Of a DNA stretch of 41,689 bases, positions 1 to 11,945 are shown piece after piece. Every line of letters starts with the position of its first letter. Position 1 is the first letter of the stretch. Position numbers and translations under genes: made by a program. The stretch covers positions 259,596 through 301,284 of the forward strand of contig NMRA01000406.1 of the NCBI GenBank assembly GCA_002633005.1, in the 5' to 3' direction. The notes beneath the pieces were generated by a model. The model ran no database searches, was not told where the DNA came from, and worked only from the letters and a program-made list of their open reading frames with translations. The stretch comes from Phoronis australis. Taxonomy: Eukaryota; Animalia; Phoronida.

Positions 1-720
1 CCCCCCTTACTGAAAACGTAGATCTTCCACTGCCCCCCCCCCCCGCTTCCTACGACCCTGCTTTCTCGCAACAAGTTTATATATTCCCTGCTGCAAAGAG
101 CGCCTCTTACCACAACAGACAATAAAACTAACGTTCAGCCAATGGACAAGTAGTTGGGTTCAACATGCAGAGGCTGAATTAACTATGTACTTAAAAACTG
201 ACAAATCTGCAAAATTACATATCAGAAACAACAGCACTAAATTGTAACTGGTCTATTCCATCAGTCAATAAATTACAAGAAGCCTGCTAACTATATGACA
301 TCCACACACTCACCACTGTACAGTATATACAAATGTCCCAGGTCAACAACAACAATACATAGACTAGAGCCCAAAAATGGGGTCTCAGCCACATCATAAT
401 TCCAAGTATACTGAATAAATCAAGAATTACCTGAAATTAAAAATATAAAACGCTCATTGCTGTAATGATTTGCAATTCCAGCAATGATAAGAAATGAACG
501 ACACAATCTTTGTTGTGCATACAATACTTTCTATTAGTCTTCTGCTGCAAACTTAACACATGGAACTGTAGATTTACATATTTACACTTTATACAAAACT
601 AAGTCCAAGCTTCTAGCAGACAGCTTAAACAATTCTTAAAGTAACACATTCCGACCTGTGGTACTCATACAACGCATCATCTTAACACACCTTTAAGCAA
701 TTCAGCCAAATAGCACCTGG

Positions 721-796
721 TACAGTCGAACCTCGTTACAGCGAACATTCCTGGACCTATTGAAGTCATTCATTGTAACCTAGGTTCGCTGTAACC
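721..796 (+). mobile_element. pogo/Tigger-like TIR fragment; related copy near 17913-17950
   Basis: TA followed by CAGTCGAACCTCGTTACAGCGAACAT; near-identical TACAGTCGAGCCTCGTTACAGCGAGCAT at about 17913. No partner TIR identified. Confidence 0.45.
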
Positions 797-1889
797 AAAT
801 CAACTTATTAAGAAAATAAAAACCACAGTTGTCTTTTAATTGGAAGAAATACAAAAATAACATGGTCCACCGTTCATGTATGATAAAACTCGCACAAGTC
901 AGGAGCACATGTGACTAGCGTCTTTGCCAACCTTGGACAAAGGTCCACATAAGGGTTGTTAATACCATAGAACTGGAGGAAGTTCTAAGTCACTACATAT
1001 CGCCTGCTCGACATGCACAGCCAATCACAGACCTTTGCATTACATGCTGTGTACAAATATGAAATGGAGAAGTCTACATGTGATCAATTAGTAAACTCCC
1101 ATGCACTGGTTAGCTGTTAAGTTGGTGAAGTTACCCAATGGCACATCAAAATTGGTAAATTAAAACCTTATGAACGTTGTATCCATCTACATTGAAAATG
1201 TAGAAAGGGTTTTTGTTTAAGAGTAAAGTGGGACTTGCCCAACGAGCGAATTTCATTGAAACACAGTTCTCACACTCCAACAACCGACGCAAGTACACTC
1301 TGAGAGTTTCAAACAAGTATGAACTTTGCATTCAAGGCAGATTAACACCCGAGGAGGCCCACTGTCAAGCAGTAATCAAGATAACACTTTGGCATATGTA
1401 TGTCATTACCTCACATAACTAATAACAAATACATACACAGGGTGTCCCAAAAGTAATGACACTCGAGTTTGAATGAGCAGGCGGTGTAACTGGTCACATG
1501 AATATTCTCGAAAAGGGTCTCCTTACATCATTAACCTCTCTAACATTACAATGAATAGCTTTTATTTGTACTTGGCGCCTGAATATTTAGATATGCTGGC
1601 CTAAACTCTTGGATGACTTGTACGATCTGGTGCTGAGGTATCGATGAACAAAGAATGGTCGTTGTTCTTTAATTAGAACACTGCACTCCAACCATGTGGA
1701 CAAGAGTGAGAAATATGGCAACTAGGATAATGTCATCTAGGGGTATTAGGCAATTTGCATTATTAAAGTTATAGCATAAATTCACTCTCTCGTTCAATAT
1801 TCATCTCACATGGCAAGTCAAACAAGATCAACGCAGACCATTGAAATGTGCCAAGGACAGCCATGCAAAAACAGTGCGCTTTTAGGGAT

Positions 1890-3710
1890 GTTTATTAGTG
1901 TCAAAAAATGTCAGTAGGGGGCACCAAAGAAGAGGAACCCCTCAGCTGTGGCCTTCTCATGAGAAACACATCTGCCAATTTTCACAATGATCCTCCAAGT
2001 AGTTTGGCAGATAGACAGGCGGACGCCAAAAATGGACTCGAAACTGTTAAAATTCCAAAATGTAAAATTTGTTCAAAACATTAAGGCATTTTTGTCACCT
2101 TAATAGAAACCTATTTGCCAAGTTTCATGGAAATCCATTGATACCTAGGAAAACGTAAAAAATAAAAACTGCTACTACGGATACACCAATCATCGGATAT
2201 GGCTGAAACTCGTACTCGTCTGTGGTCAACTCCATAGAAACATATCTCCCAAATTTCACAAAGTTCCTGCAAAGGGTTATGGAGATACAGCCTTGGACGC
2301 AAAATGAAACAAAATCAACATCAATTGTGGTCTCCTCATCAGAAACGCACCTGCCAATTTTCATAATGATCCTTCATGTAGTTTGGCAGATAAAAAGGTG
2401 GACACCAAGAAAAGAGCTCGAAAATTTTTTTAAAATGGCCACTAGGTGGCGCAAAATCGTTGAACATGGCTGAAAATGTAAAGGTGTTGACACCTTCATC
2501 ATAGAAAACTACTTGCCAAATTTCATGAGAAGAGCAATGCGGAGCGTTGAAATGCCCCACGAATGCATTGCAAATAGTGTGCTTTTAGGGTTATTTATTC
2601 GTATCATAGAAATGGCCACTATATGGCGCAAAAATGTACAATCCATCCAAATACAGGTACGTGCCATATTTCATAAAAATCTATCAAGGAACTTCAGAGA
2701 AATAAAGGAAAACGGAACAAAATGAAATTGCCACTTGTGGGCACAATGTCCCTTCGATCCGCCAGAATGTCATTGTCCGTTATCTTCATATAAATTCACT
2801 TACTAATTTAATAAAAATCCCGCAGTGGGTTTGGATATACGGCAGCAAAACAAAACTACCACTAGGAGGCGCCACAGTAGCCAGTCAACATCATCAAACG
2901 TCCTCTTCACACTGAAAACATATACACCAATTTTCACAATCATCCCTAGAATGATTTGATTGATCGAGGGGTGGACGCCAAAAACAAGATTCGAAAACAG
3001 CAAAAAATGGCCACTAGGTGGCGCAAAATACCTCGATTCCATCCAAAAACAGGATGATAGCGTCATCTCACTAATAGATGCCTATATTCAAATTTTTATA
3101 AACATCTATTGAGGACCTTTGTAGATACAGACTGGTAAACGTAAAAAACTAAAATTGCCGCTAGGTGGCCCACCACTAGTCAGATCTGTCCGAAACTCGT
3201 CGTCGTCTGTTGTCAACATCATATAAATACACTTACTACTCGCAAACAGTAAAAATGGCCACTAGGTGGCGCAAACTACGTTGAATCCATCCGAAAACGA
3301 CAGGACAGCATCAACTCACTAATAGGTGCCTATATACCAAATTTTACAAAAATCCGTTCAGGACTTTTGAAGATACAGAGGTAAACGTAAAAAACTAAAA
3401 TTGCCACTAGGGGGCACACCGGTAGTTGGATCCGTCCAAAAGTTCGCTCATGCCGTCCCATCCACAGAAGGAACACGTGCAAAATTTCATGAACATACGT
3501 CAAGGCGCGTAAAATCCATCCAAGAATTACGAAGATACAGAGGCAACCAAAACAAAAACTAGAATTGCCACTAGGGGGTATAGAGTTAGTCGGATCGATC
3601 CGAAAGTCAACTTCAACTGTCGTCAGCTTCATAGGAACATACTTGCCAAATCTCATTAAGATCCTTCAAGGGGTTTAGAAGATGCAGCTGTGGATGCCAG
3701 ATGCCCAGAT
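1890..3710. repeat. Degenerate tandem array of a dispersed repeat family, local period about 246-248 bp, carrying CCACTAGGTGGCGC motifs
   Basis: Recurring AAAATGGCCACTAGGTGGCGCAAA (2436, 3008, 3256), TTGCCACTAGGGGG (3401, 3565), CCAAATTTCAT and GATACAG blocks. Related fragments lie near 4600-4760, 6470-6630 and (reversed) 15570-15670. Confidence 0.75.
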
Positions 3711-3925
3711 AGAGCAGCCAAATCACCCCTCCTTAGATAATGGCACAGATATGGATTTAAAAACAACTATAAACCAGCGAAACTACTTACTCTTCAAATT
3801 CTCGATGACAGAAACGTGCCAAGCTGATCTTGTCATGTGATTATGTCGTTTTACAAATTACAACATATTTTCATTTCAATACAAATTTGTGAAGAGTTGA
3901 AGCCTTAACATTAGTAGACATTACA

Positions 3926-4116
3926 CTATAATGTTTCCAACTGAATCGTTTGTATTTGAGCCACAGATGGTGTTGGCCTTGTCTCGATGATACCATTTCT
4001 TTGATGACCGTACTCAAACTTGATACGCAACTCTCCTATCCGTGAGTGGGGCAGAATGTCAGGGATCCACTCAATCACAAATGCTATTGGATCCTTATCT
4101 CCACCCACCATATTAC
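3926..4116 (-). CDS. C2orf42: C2orf42 terminal coding exon 8
   Basis: TTTCAG|[40 protein letters not shown]...ETL, TAG stop at 3926-3928. Confidence 0.9.
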
Positions 4117-7100
4117 CTGAAATAACAACAGACACATTGGCTCATTCCACTTAAGACTCACAACATCTGTATGTTAAAAAGATATCTCACTTCTTGATGT
4201 GTGTAACAAATTGAAATAAAATAAGAAGTTGCACCATTTTTCAATAGCAAAAATACAAGTAATTGTTATATTTTTCTGTTTTCAAAACACTCAAGTTTCA
4301 AGGAGTTACATCAAAGGACTTAGTCAAGAAGCCAGACATGAGAACCTAGACATGTTAAGTAGAGTTAAGCATTTTGGTTGCTTCATGTCCAGCTGTCCCC
4401 CTCCCCTCTCCACCCTGAAGCATTTAAGTTGGGTTAAAACCTTGGCAACCATTGGAGTAGAGTTAAAAATCGGTGGCTTAGGGATATTCTGGTCCGTCCT
4501 GAAAATCAACATCACACATACTTAAACTTTATAGCATTTCTTCAAACAATTAACATTTGAAGTTTGTGACTTCGGCTTAACCAAATTGGCACTGTATGGT
4601 CTGCTTAACTCTCATAAAGATCCATCAAGGAAATTGACAGATATAAAAACTACAAAAAGTAACTGGAATTGTCCAAAACTCGTCATTCATAGGAACACAC
4701 CTGCCATGTCCTGAGATACAGCTGTGTACGTCAGACAGACAGACGGACATATGGCCAGACATGAGACAGCTAGCTAGCTGGCCAGACAGAAATAAGCGCA
4801 TAAAAATAATTAGTGTCCTTGCACACCAACAACACTACAATTAAGTGACCTTGACCTTCAACTCACCAACTTTAAGAAATGTCTTCAGCTCGGTTGGGCG
4901 AATAGGTGTCGGGTTTTTCCCCTTGAATTGCTCATCTACGTTCTCCACATGAACCTTGGGCACTTCATACAGGTCGTAGGTGCCATCTTTGTTCTCTACA
5001 AAACTACGAGTTACATCCAGTGGCACCTGTAACACACAGAGAGAGACAGAGTACCAACTCCTTAGAGACAACACAGTATTCACCTTGCCACATCTCATTA
5101 CCACAGAGAGACAGAGTACCAACTCCTGAGAGACAACTCAGAATTCACTTTGCCACATGTTATTACCACAGAGACACGGTACTAATTCCTGAGAGACAAC
5201 ACAATATTCACTTTGCTAAATCTTATGAACACAGAGAGACAAGAGTACCAACTCCTGAGAGACAATAAAGTATTCAACATGGAACATCTCATTAACACAG
5301 AGAGACAGTGTACTAAATACTGAGAAACAACACAGTATTCGCATTGCCACATCTCATTTTTCACATAACGTAGACAAAACTAACATCCAATTTGCTTTAA
5401 ATTTACATGTAAAGGGTTGTCATCATTTTTTGATGCTTCCAAGTTTACCCATTCAAAAGATATTTAAGCTTAGCTTTTTACATAACACCCCGTCACTTAT
5501 CCATACCCACCTCAGGTGTGTCAAATATTTGTTTGACATGTAAAATGTTGGTGATCTGCCACGTGTATTTAGTGAATGTCCCAAGTGGGAGGGCATCCCG
5601 CCGCATGAAGCCAGTCGTGGAGTTAGGAAGGCGGCGCTTGCGTCCACCCTGTGATATTCTCTGCTGGAGACAGTCAAAGAATGTTTGTGGTGCGTGGAAC
5701 ACTAGTGGCTCTGGGCTACCTGGAAATTGTATGATGAACAGTTAGGTAGCATAATAGACACAGAACAATAAGGGTTCAGGGTTACCTGCAAACATTAGCT
5801 AGTCTTACCTGAAAACCTGTTGAGCATGGAATACCCGAGGCTAGGGGTTACTCAGGGTCACACGGTACTATTGGGGACCTATAATCATTAGCAGGTGCTG
5901 TTTAATGCTATGCTAAGGATTGAACATTTGAGGCTTGACATTACTCGGGCACATTTGTGAAAGTGAAATGGCATCATTAGCTGTACAAGAGGTGGACAAT
6001 ATCAAAGCTGCCTCAGAAAGGTTGATATCCACACCATGTATTGCATCAATAGTTTGAGCTGTCTGTAAAGTTGGGTTGTGCACTATAAGGTATTGTCAAA
6101 AAGTACGGTATGTTTTACAAGTCAATGTGATGTGCTAAGAGCAAAAATGCCTAACACGAAACCAAATGTATAATACTGGTTTTGTGATGAGTAAGACTTT
6201 CAGGGTCCTCACTCACCTGAGAGGGATTTTTTCAGGTGAGGGGAGCCCCCCTGACACACCTTTTCTAACTTACATCAAATCAAAATGCTTAACAAGGAAC
6301 TCTTGTCGAAAACTAAAACTTTGTGCCACATTTTATCATGATACATCAAACAGAGAAAGCGACAGATAAGCAAAGGTTACGCTAGACATAATGAAAATGG
6401 ACAGTAGGTGGATCAGAATAGGTTGAATGTCAAAAAATTAGAAGGCATCGTTGTCTCATTAATGAAAACTTACTTTTCAAATTTCATAAAATCTGTCAAG
6501 GAACTCTGAAGATACAGAGGCGTATCCAAATCCGTCAGAAAGTTAAACATAATAGAACACAAATAACAAATTTCACAAAGATCTTTCAAAGGACTTAGGA
6601 GATACAGCTGCAGATGTCAGATGGATGCCGCTCAGAGACTACGGCAATATGTGCCCACAAAACCTTCTGTGGGTGCATAAAAATCAGATGGAAATAGGTT
6701 GATTACAAAACTCTTTTTTTCATCCGAGTGCGTTTTTACCCTCATCTATATCATTCGAAAACGTAATGAACGAGTTGTAGGAGCGCGGGAATCATAAATA
6801 ACCTACCTTCAAACTGATAATGCATGGTCTGGTTAATGCGCTCTGTCACGCTTCCCAGCCAATGGTGAAATGTGATAGTACTGCTGGCTTCATCTATTAC
6901 TGATGACCCTGATGGATAAAGGCAAAATGTTGAACAGGAAATTCAGCGGTATTTAGTAATGTAGTGTTTCTCTATAACACAGTTGACCAGCACACAAGAG
7001 TAACAATATATATTAGACATGTGCATTCCACTGACATCAAGTGACATTGTTGTTAAATACAAAAAGCAATCTCAATCTCATTTTCTGACATGAGATATCT

Positions 7101-10100
7101 TAAACTTAGCGAAATACCACGAAAACCATAACAGAGATGGGTTTATATTGATTTCAATCATTTTGAGCACTGAACTTACCAACTTTCTTCGGGGTCGTTG
7201 ATTTCTGCTGCTGTTGAGGCTGCTGCTGTTTGCCAGCTGCACCGCCCGACTTCTTGGGAGTATTACCACTGTCTTGGAGAGTCAATAGGGCACTGCTGGC
7301 CTGAGCTACAAACAATAATAGTACGTTACAATCAATAATAGTACGTTACAGTCACAAGTAGTATTACCACTGTCCTTGAGAGTTAAAGGGCACTACTTGC
7401 CTGGGCTACAATCAACAATAGTATGTTATAGTCACAAGTAGTGTTACCAATGTCCTGGAGAGTCAATAGGGCTCTGCTCACCTGGGCTACAATGAACAAG
7501 AGTATATTATAGTCAGAAGGAGTGCAATGGAAAAGCATCAAATGGTGACTTAGTGCAGCCAAATTGCCTTTGAATTTGAAAATGATTGAAAACAGTTCTG
7601 ACTACAGAAAAGCCCTGCTGAGCTTAGACATTTGACACGGTCTGATGTCTTTCCATCATACCATCTTATGCTGTGTTGTCAACAAGGAATAAAGAAGACC
7701 TGCACCAATGTGTATCAACAGTCACAATCACAACCTATACCTGTGTCATGTTTATGTGTATGAACAATGACTATCATAGCCTATATCAGTGTCATGTTCA
7801 TGTGTGTGAACAGTGGCTGTCACAGCCTATAACTGTGTCAATTTCATGTGCATGAACAATGACAATGACATCCCATATCTGTGTCATTTTCATGAGTATG
7901 AACAAAAACAATCACATTCTATATATGTGATTGTCCAAAAGCAATATGAGTACTAGTTACTTACAGGGTTCCTGCATACTGAGAACCATTTTTTCCACTG
8001 AATAACATGCAACAAAGTGGTTCTCAAAATTTGGGACTCCCGTAAGTAACTACTGCCACAATATGTTCTTCCTATGTGCACTACCTAATGTGTCATCCTT
8101 TCGTTTTTTTCTTGACGGGCTGCCTTCATCACGAACTTCCACCTGTATTCCGCCATCGTCTTGATTGACAACAACCAACTCCACATGGCTCTGGACCTCC
8201 TCAGCTCCCACCGTCACTTCAGACGAGTCACTGTTGAGTACTGTGAAAATTTGGTGACGTTCGTTCACTGAAACAAAATAGGGAAACGATTCGGACTTGA
8301 AAAATTTTAGGCATTGGTTTATTTCTATGGTATAAACAACACAACAAAAATTATGCGTTCAGTTAGGCAGATGAAACAGAGCTCACTACTTACAAGTACT
8401 GTCCAAGTTAATGTAGTATGAGAACTCCTCAGCCAATAGAGTATCACTGGAGAATGCACAGACACATGCATAGAAGTGAACACAGCGCCGTGGTACTTCC
8501 TCTTTTTGAGCACTAGGTTTGGTGGCCTTTAAGAGAAAACAGATCAAAACAAAATTTTTGGCATTGTATACTTAAAAAAATACTAATAAATTCTCTGCAC
8601 TGAAGATCAGTCTTTCTCAGAGCTTGATATAGCGGCCTGCAGGATGCCAGTGCGACCTCACTTTTCATCTGGCAACCTAGTGAAAATCCCAGATAGCCAT
8701 GGAGATGCCACACCATACTTCAGTATCTGAGCAGACAAGCTACAGGAAGTATGTATAAATCGTACAGGAAATGTCAGGAGGACCAGACTGTTTTTGCCTG
8801 CCTCCCGGAGGATACTGGGCACGAGATGGAGAAATTGGTCATTACCAAGCATGCACGACACTCCTAATTTTCTTCTACCAAAAAGTTTCCACAGATTTGG
8901 GTGCACCAGCAGATATTTGCCAGCTTTTCACTTCAGGTATCTTTAATTAATTCATCTTTGGCTCTTGCCAATACAAGGACGGCTGCAAGCTGCTAAAGCG
9001 AAACTCAGAAACACAACGCATTTTAATTGATATTAATTGAAACTGTATTGTTTCTAAACATTAGCTCAACCCATTAATCATGTTGGCTGACAGCCATACA
9101 GTATACGGGTACTTGAGGCAAAGCCTATGCGGACTAGGGAAAGGGGTGGGATGGTACTGATGCTGAACAGGGGGCCCTCTCAGAAGGCATAGGCACTTTC
9201 CCCTCAAGTGCATGAAATGTTTTGCAGTGATATTCACTGATGACTTGTAAATGTGAAAACAAAAAATTCTGTACATAGGTGACCGTTGTACAAATGACCG
9301 ACCTCGCAGACTCACATAGCATGCATCGTGCAACTTGTTATCCCACAACACCACGTCACGTTACTTACTGGACACGGTTCCGTGATTTGCAGCAGATCAT
9401 TTTCCCCACAAATATCGTTCTCAAAAACATTTGGCAATTTTCACCCTACTCTATAGGAATTGTCAATATACACGTTGTGTTTCTAACTAATTTGGCCAAG
9501 AAATCACAGAGATAAGGAATTAGCCCACAAAATCCACTTTAAGCTGCGCTAGGAAGGGGACACGCGAGGACAGAGCTTCAGACTACTCGTTAAAATTGAA
9601 TTCTTCTGCCCTAGGCATTTACACAGAATGAAAAAATATTTGACCCTGTTTAGACCTTATTAACTATTAACTTGTACAAAGAAATTTCCATTAAAAGTAT
9701 TCATTATATTCTTGCTCAACGTAAATCAGCTTGATCGGTGTTAGCCAGTGTAGCAGACAATTTATTCATACAGTTTACTACTGAGATAACTAGACTGGTC
9801 TATAGTTCATTAAACTATTGACTATTTCATGCAATAAAATTAATATTGTTGTACGATTTATTCAATAGACTGGCGATTCACCATTTTACAAAACTAATGT
9901 CGAGGTCCTTGCCTGGTCGTAGTGTCTAAACAATCTCCTTTCTTCAGGCATGCAGCTATACACATAGCAAAATACCGAGAGACATAACAGACGAACAAAC
10001 TAAAACACTAGCTATATTTCGAGATCACATGTCTCTTCATCAGGCAATAAGTGAAATGAAAATATACGAAGCAAAATAAACAGTGAAATACACAGTGACA

Positions 10101-11676
10101 GCAGGTGGAGGGACATACAAGCAGAGTGTGAATGTATCACATGGTAGGAAGCCCACAAGCCTAACGAAACAGAGCAAGTGTGCGGTACACACTTGTGACC
10201 TGCTCATACACAACAGGTAATTCGTAACTAATCAATAGCGATTCCAAAATCTTTAACCGAAATGTATCATTGTCAACATAGTGAATGATGGTTTTGTCTA
10301 CTATTTCTTGCCTTAGTTTTCGGCCACGGTAGTGTAAAAAATGATCTTGAATGAATCTCCCCCCGCTCCTGCAAGATGACAAAGATTTTGGAATCCCTAT
10401 TGATCAGTCACAAAAAAGCTTTGTGTACCGCATGCTGGCTCTGTTTCGTTAGACTTGTGGGCTTCTTAGTGCGTAATACATTCACACTCTCTGCATGTAT
10501 CCCCCCGTGTGTCACCGTGTATTTCACTGTTTATTTCGCTTCGTATATGTTCATTTCACTCATTGCCTGATGATGAGACATGCAGTCTCGAAATAAAGCC
10601 AGTGTTTTGCTTTGTTTGTCTTTTATGTCTCTTGGTCTCTTGCTACATAAATGCACGCCTGAAGAAAGGAAATTGTTTAGACACTACGAGCAAGTCTGTA
10701 TTTAGCTGTCAAACAAAAAGTCTACAACGAAGTCTGTGTCAACCTGAATTCAGTTCAGAGGATAGTAGCGGCTCTGTGCCACTATGAGTTTTGTATGTAC
10801 TGGATTTAAGAAGTTTGAGCCCAAGTTGACAAACCAAACTATAGCTTGTACACTTTGTTTAGACATCCATTCAATCTGCAAACTCTACCAACTCTTAGTA
10901 CTTAAGACTCTAGATGAACACTGTAACTTGTAATGGCCACTTTGTTACCACACTTCATTAACTCTTACCTTAAAGGCTCTGCATGAACACTGAAATTTGT
11001 GTTCTGGTGCATCACGATTTCGACTCGTTTCAAAAAAAGCAAAATGCAGAAATCCCAAGGGCTGCTTCTGATCCGTCTTGCATTTGACAACCATAATATT
11101 TTTTGAGACTCTCTGCACAAGTGGCCCTGTACTCTCAGTAGCCAGCATCCATATAGACTCCTTAATGTCTTGTGAGACATTCAATGTGTTGAGAACAGAG
11201 TTTTTTAACGTTAATGGTTGCGCCTCCTGTGTACACGAAAGCGCTGATTTGATATGCATACACGGCTCTTCAGGAACAATTGTGTTTAAGTTACGTGAAC
11301 AGTTGTCAACATAACACCGCGCTGCTTGAGCCAGGATCATAGGATCAACACTACTAATTGGATCTCCAATTGGTTGCCCTTCCATGTCTTGCACGAGAGG
11401 GAGCTGGACAAAACCACGGTAGTCCGGGCCACGGTCACGTAGACGTACAGAAAATATCTGCAGTGTCGACCCTGTGACAACTTTGACTGCATCAGCGCTG
11501 TGAGGTTTCTTCTTCTCTTGTGGCTTGAAGACAACATTGCACGCTTTATTCTTACATGTCAAACCACGTGTCCCATTCGACGTGCCGCACTTGGGACATT
11601 TACGAACGCCTCTTAGGGTGGGCTTGCCAAGGTCACTAAAGAGGGATTTTTTCTTTGATGGGCTTACAGTGGCCAT
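3926..11676 (-). CDS. C2orf42: C2orf42 homolog (treble-clef zinc finger plus SWIM-like Cys/His motifs), full gene model with 8 coding exons, 603 aa
   Basis: Exons (minus) 11676-10969, 8526-8394, 8267-8085, 7305-7180, 6908-6807, 5719-5511, 5026-4867, 4116-3926. All introns are GT-AG with matching phases; total 1812 nt. Peptides such as [117 protein letters not shown] and [24 protein letters not shown] match vertebrate C2orf42 as recalled. A further acceptor at 11742-11743 suggests an upstream 5'UTR exon. Confidence 0.92.
4867..5026 (-). CDS. C2orf42: C2orf42 coding exon 7
   Basis: TTACAG|[23 protein letters not shown]...[11 protein letters not shown], donor G|GTGAGT. Confidence 0.9.
5033..5360. 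repeat. Tandem repeat, about 64-bp unit x about 5, abutting the C2orf42 exon 7 acceptor
   Basis: Unit CACAGAGAGACAGAGTACCAACTCCTGAGAGACAACACAGTATTCACCTTGCCACATCTCATTA repeated with substitutions. Confidence 0.9.
5511..5719 (-). CDS. C2orf42: C2orf42 coding exon 6
   Basis: TTCCAG|[24 protein letters not shown]...QIFDTPE, donor GAG|GTGGGT. Confidence 0.9.
6807..6908 (-). CDS. C2orf42: C2orf42 coding exon 5
   Basis: CATCAG|[35 protein letters not shown], donor G|GTAGGT. Confidence 0.85.
7180..7305 (-). CDS. C2orf42: C2orf42 coding exon 4
   Basis: TTGTAG|[21 protein letters not shown]...[16 protein letters not shown], donor G|GTAAGT; phase 1-1. Confidence 0.8.
7259..7520. repeat. Tandem triplication (about 81-100 bp) of the C2orf42 exon 4 acceptor and its first about 45 coding nt
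   Basis: AGTATTACCACTGTC...GAGAGTCAATAGGGCACT...CCTGRGCTACAA occurs three times; the first copy is the real exon start. Confidence 0.85.
7717..7930. repeat. 46-bp tandem repeat x about 4.5
   Basis: AACAATGACTATCATAGCCTATATCAGTGTCATGTTCATGTGTGTG-like units in phase. Confidence 0.85.
8085..8267 (-). CDS. C2orf42: C2orf42 coding exon 3
   Basis: TTTCAG|[11 protein letters not shown]...[12 protein letters not shown] with an NLS-like KKRK, donor G|GTAGTG. Confidence 0.8.
8394..8526 (-). CDS. C2orf42: C2orf42 coding exon 2
   Basis: TTAAAG|[47 protein letters not shown], donor T|GTAAGT (phase 1). This frame is not in the ORF track. Confidence 0.85.
10006..10050 (-). ncRNA. Minimal type I hammerhead ribozyme motif (PLE-associated)
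   Basis: Minus strand: UUAUUGC-CUGAUGA-A-GAGA(CAUGUGA)UCUC-GAAA-UAUA-GCUAGUG. Core CUGAUGA and GAAA are intact, stem II is present, stem III is a palindromic AUAU stub and stem I is weak. Confidence 0.6.
10561..10604 (+). ncRNA. Second hammerhead-like copy, probably inactivated
   Basis: CAUUGC-CUGAUGA-U-GAGAC(AUGCA)GUCUC-GAAA-UAAA-GCCAGUG. Perfect 5-bp stem II, but UAAA replaces UAUA, which loses U16.1. Confidence 0.5.
10969..11676 (-). CDS. C2orf42: C2orf42 coding exon 1
   Basis: ATG at 11676, [10 protein letters not shown]...CSCRAFK, donor AAG|GTAAGA (phase 0). Confidence 0.92.
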
Positions 11677-11945
11677 TGTCTACAATGTATAAAATTGGTA
11701 ATGTTAAAAGTAGCAATGGATGGATGAATAAGTAACAGAACCTGTAGAAGAGAGAAGTGAATGCAGAGTATTTGTACTACTTCATCTTGAAACCTTAGTC
11801 ATGGAGCTGCATGCAGTATAGTACAACGGAGGCCTTGGACATCTACTGTCCGGCTCATGCTTCAGTCAGTTAGAGTGCTGCAACGTACAGTGATGTGTTT
11901 CATTTGATGTTATTCGCTGTATTTTGAGATGAATAATTTTTTTCA

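Larger units (their letters stand above)
9908..10694. mobile_element. Penelope-like element 3' remnant as a long inverted repeat (arms about 9917-10254 and 10381-10689)
   Basis: The arms are diverged reverse complements (for example TCGTAGTGTCTAAACAAT / ATTGTTTAGACACTACGA and GATTCCAAAATCTTT / AAAGATTTTGGAATC). Both encode KILESLLIS, and the minus ORF has IQDHFLHY...[21 protein letters not shown], resembling the C-terminus of a PLE GIY-YIG domain. Confidence 0.75.

Noticed and set aside
2111-3656. Several short ORFs sharing FAPPSGHF / MATRWRK peptides
   Set aside because: Translations of the tandem DNA repeat motif, not a protein family.
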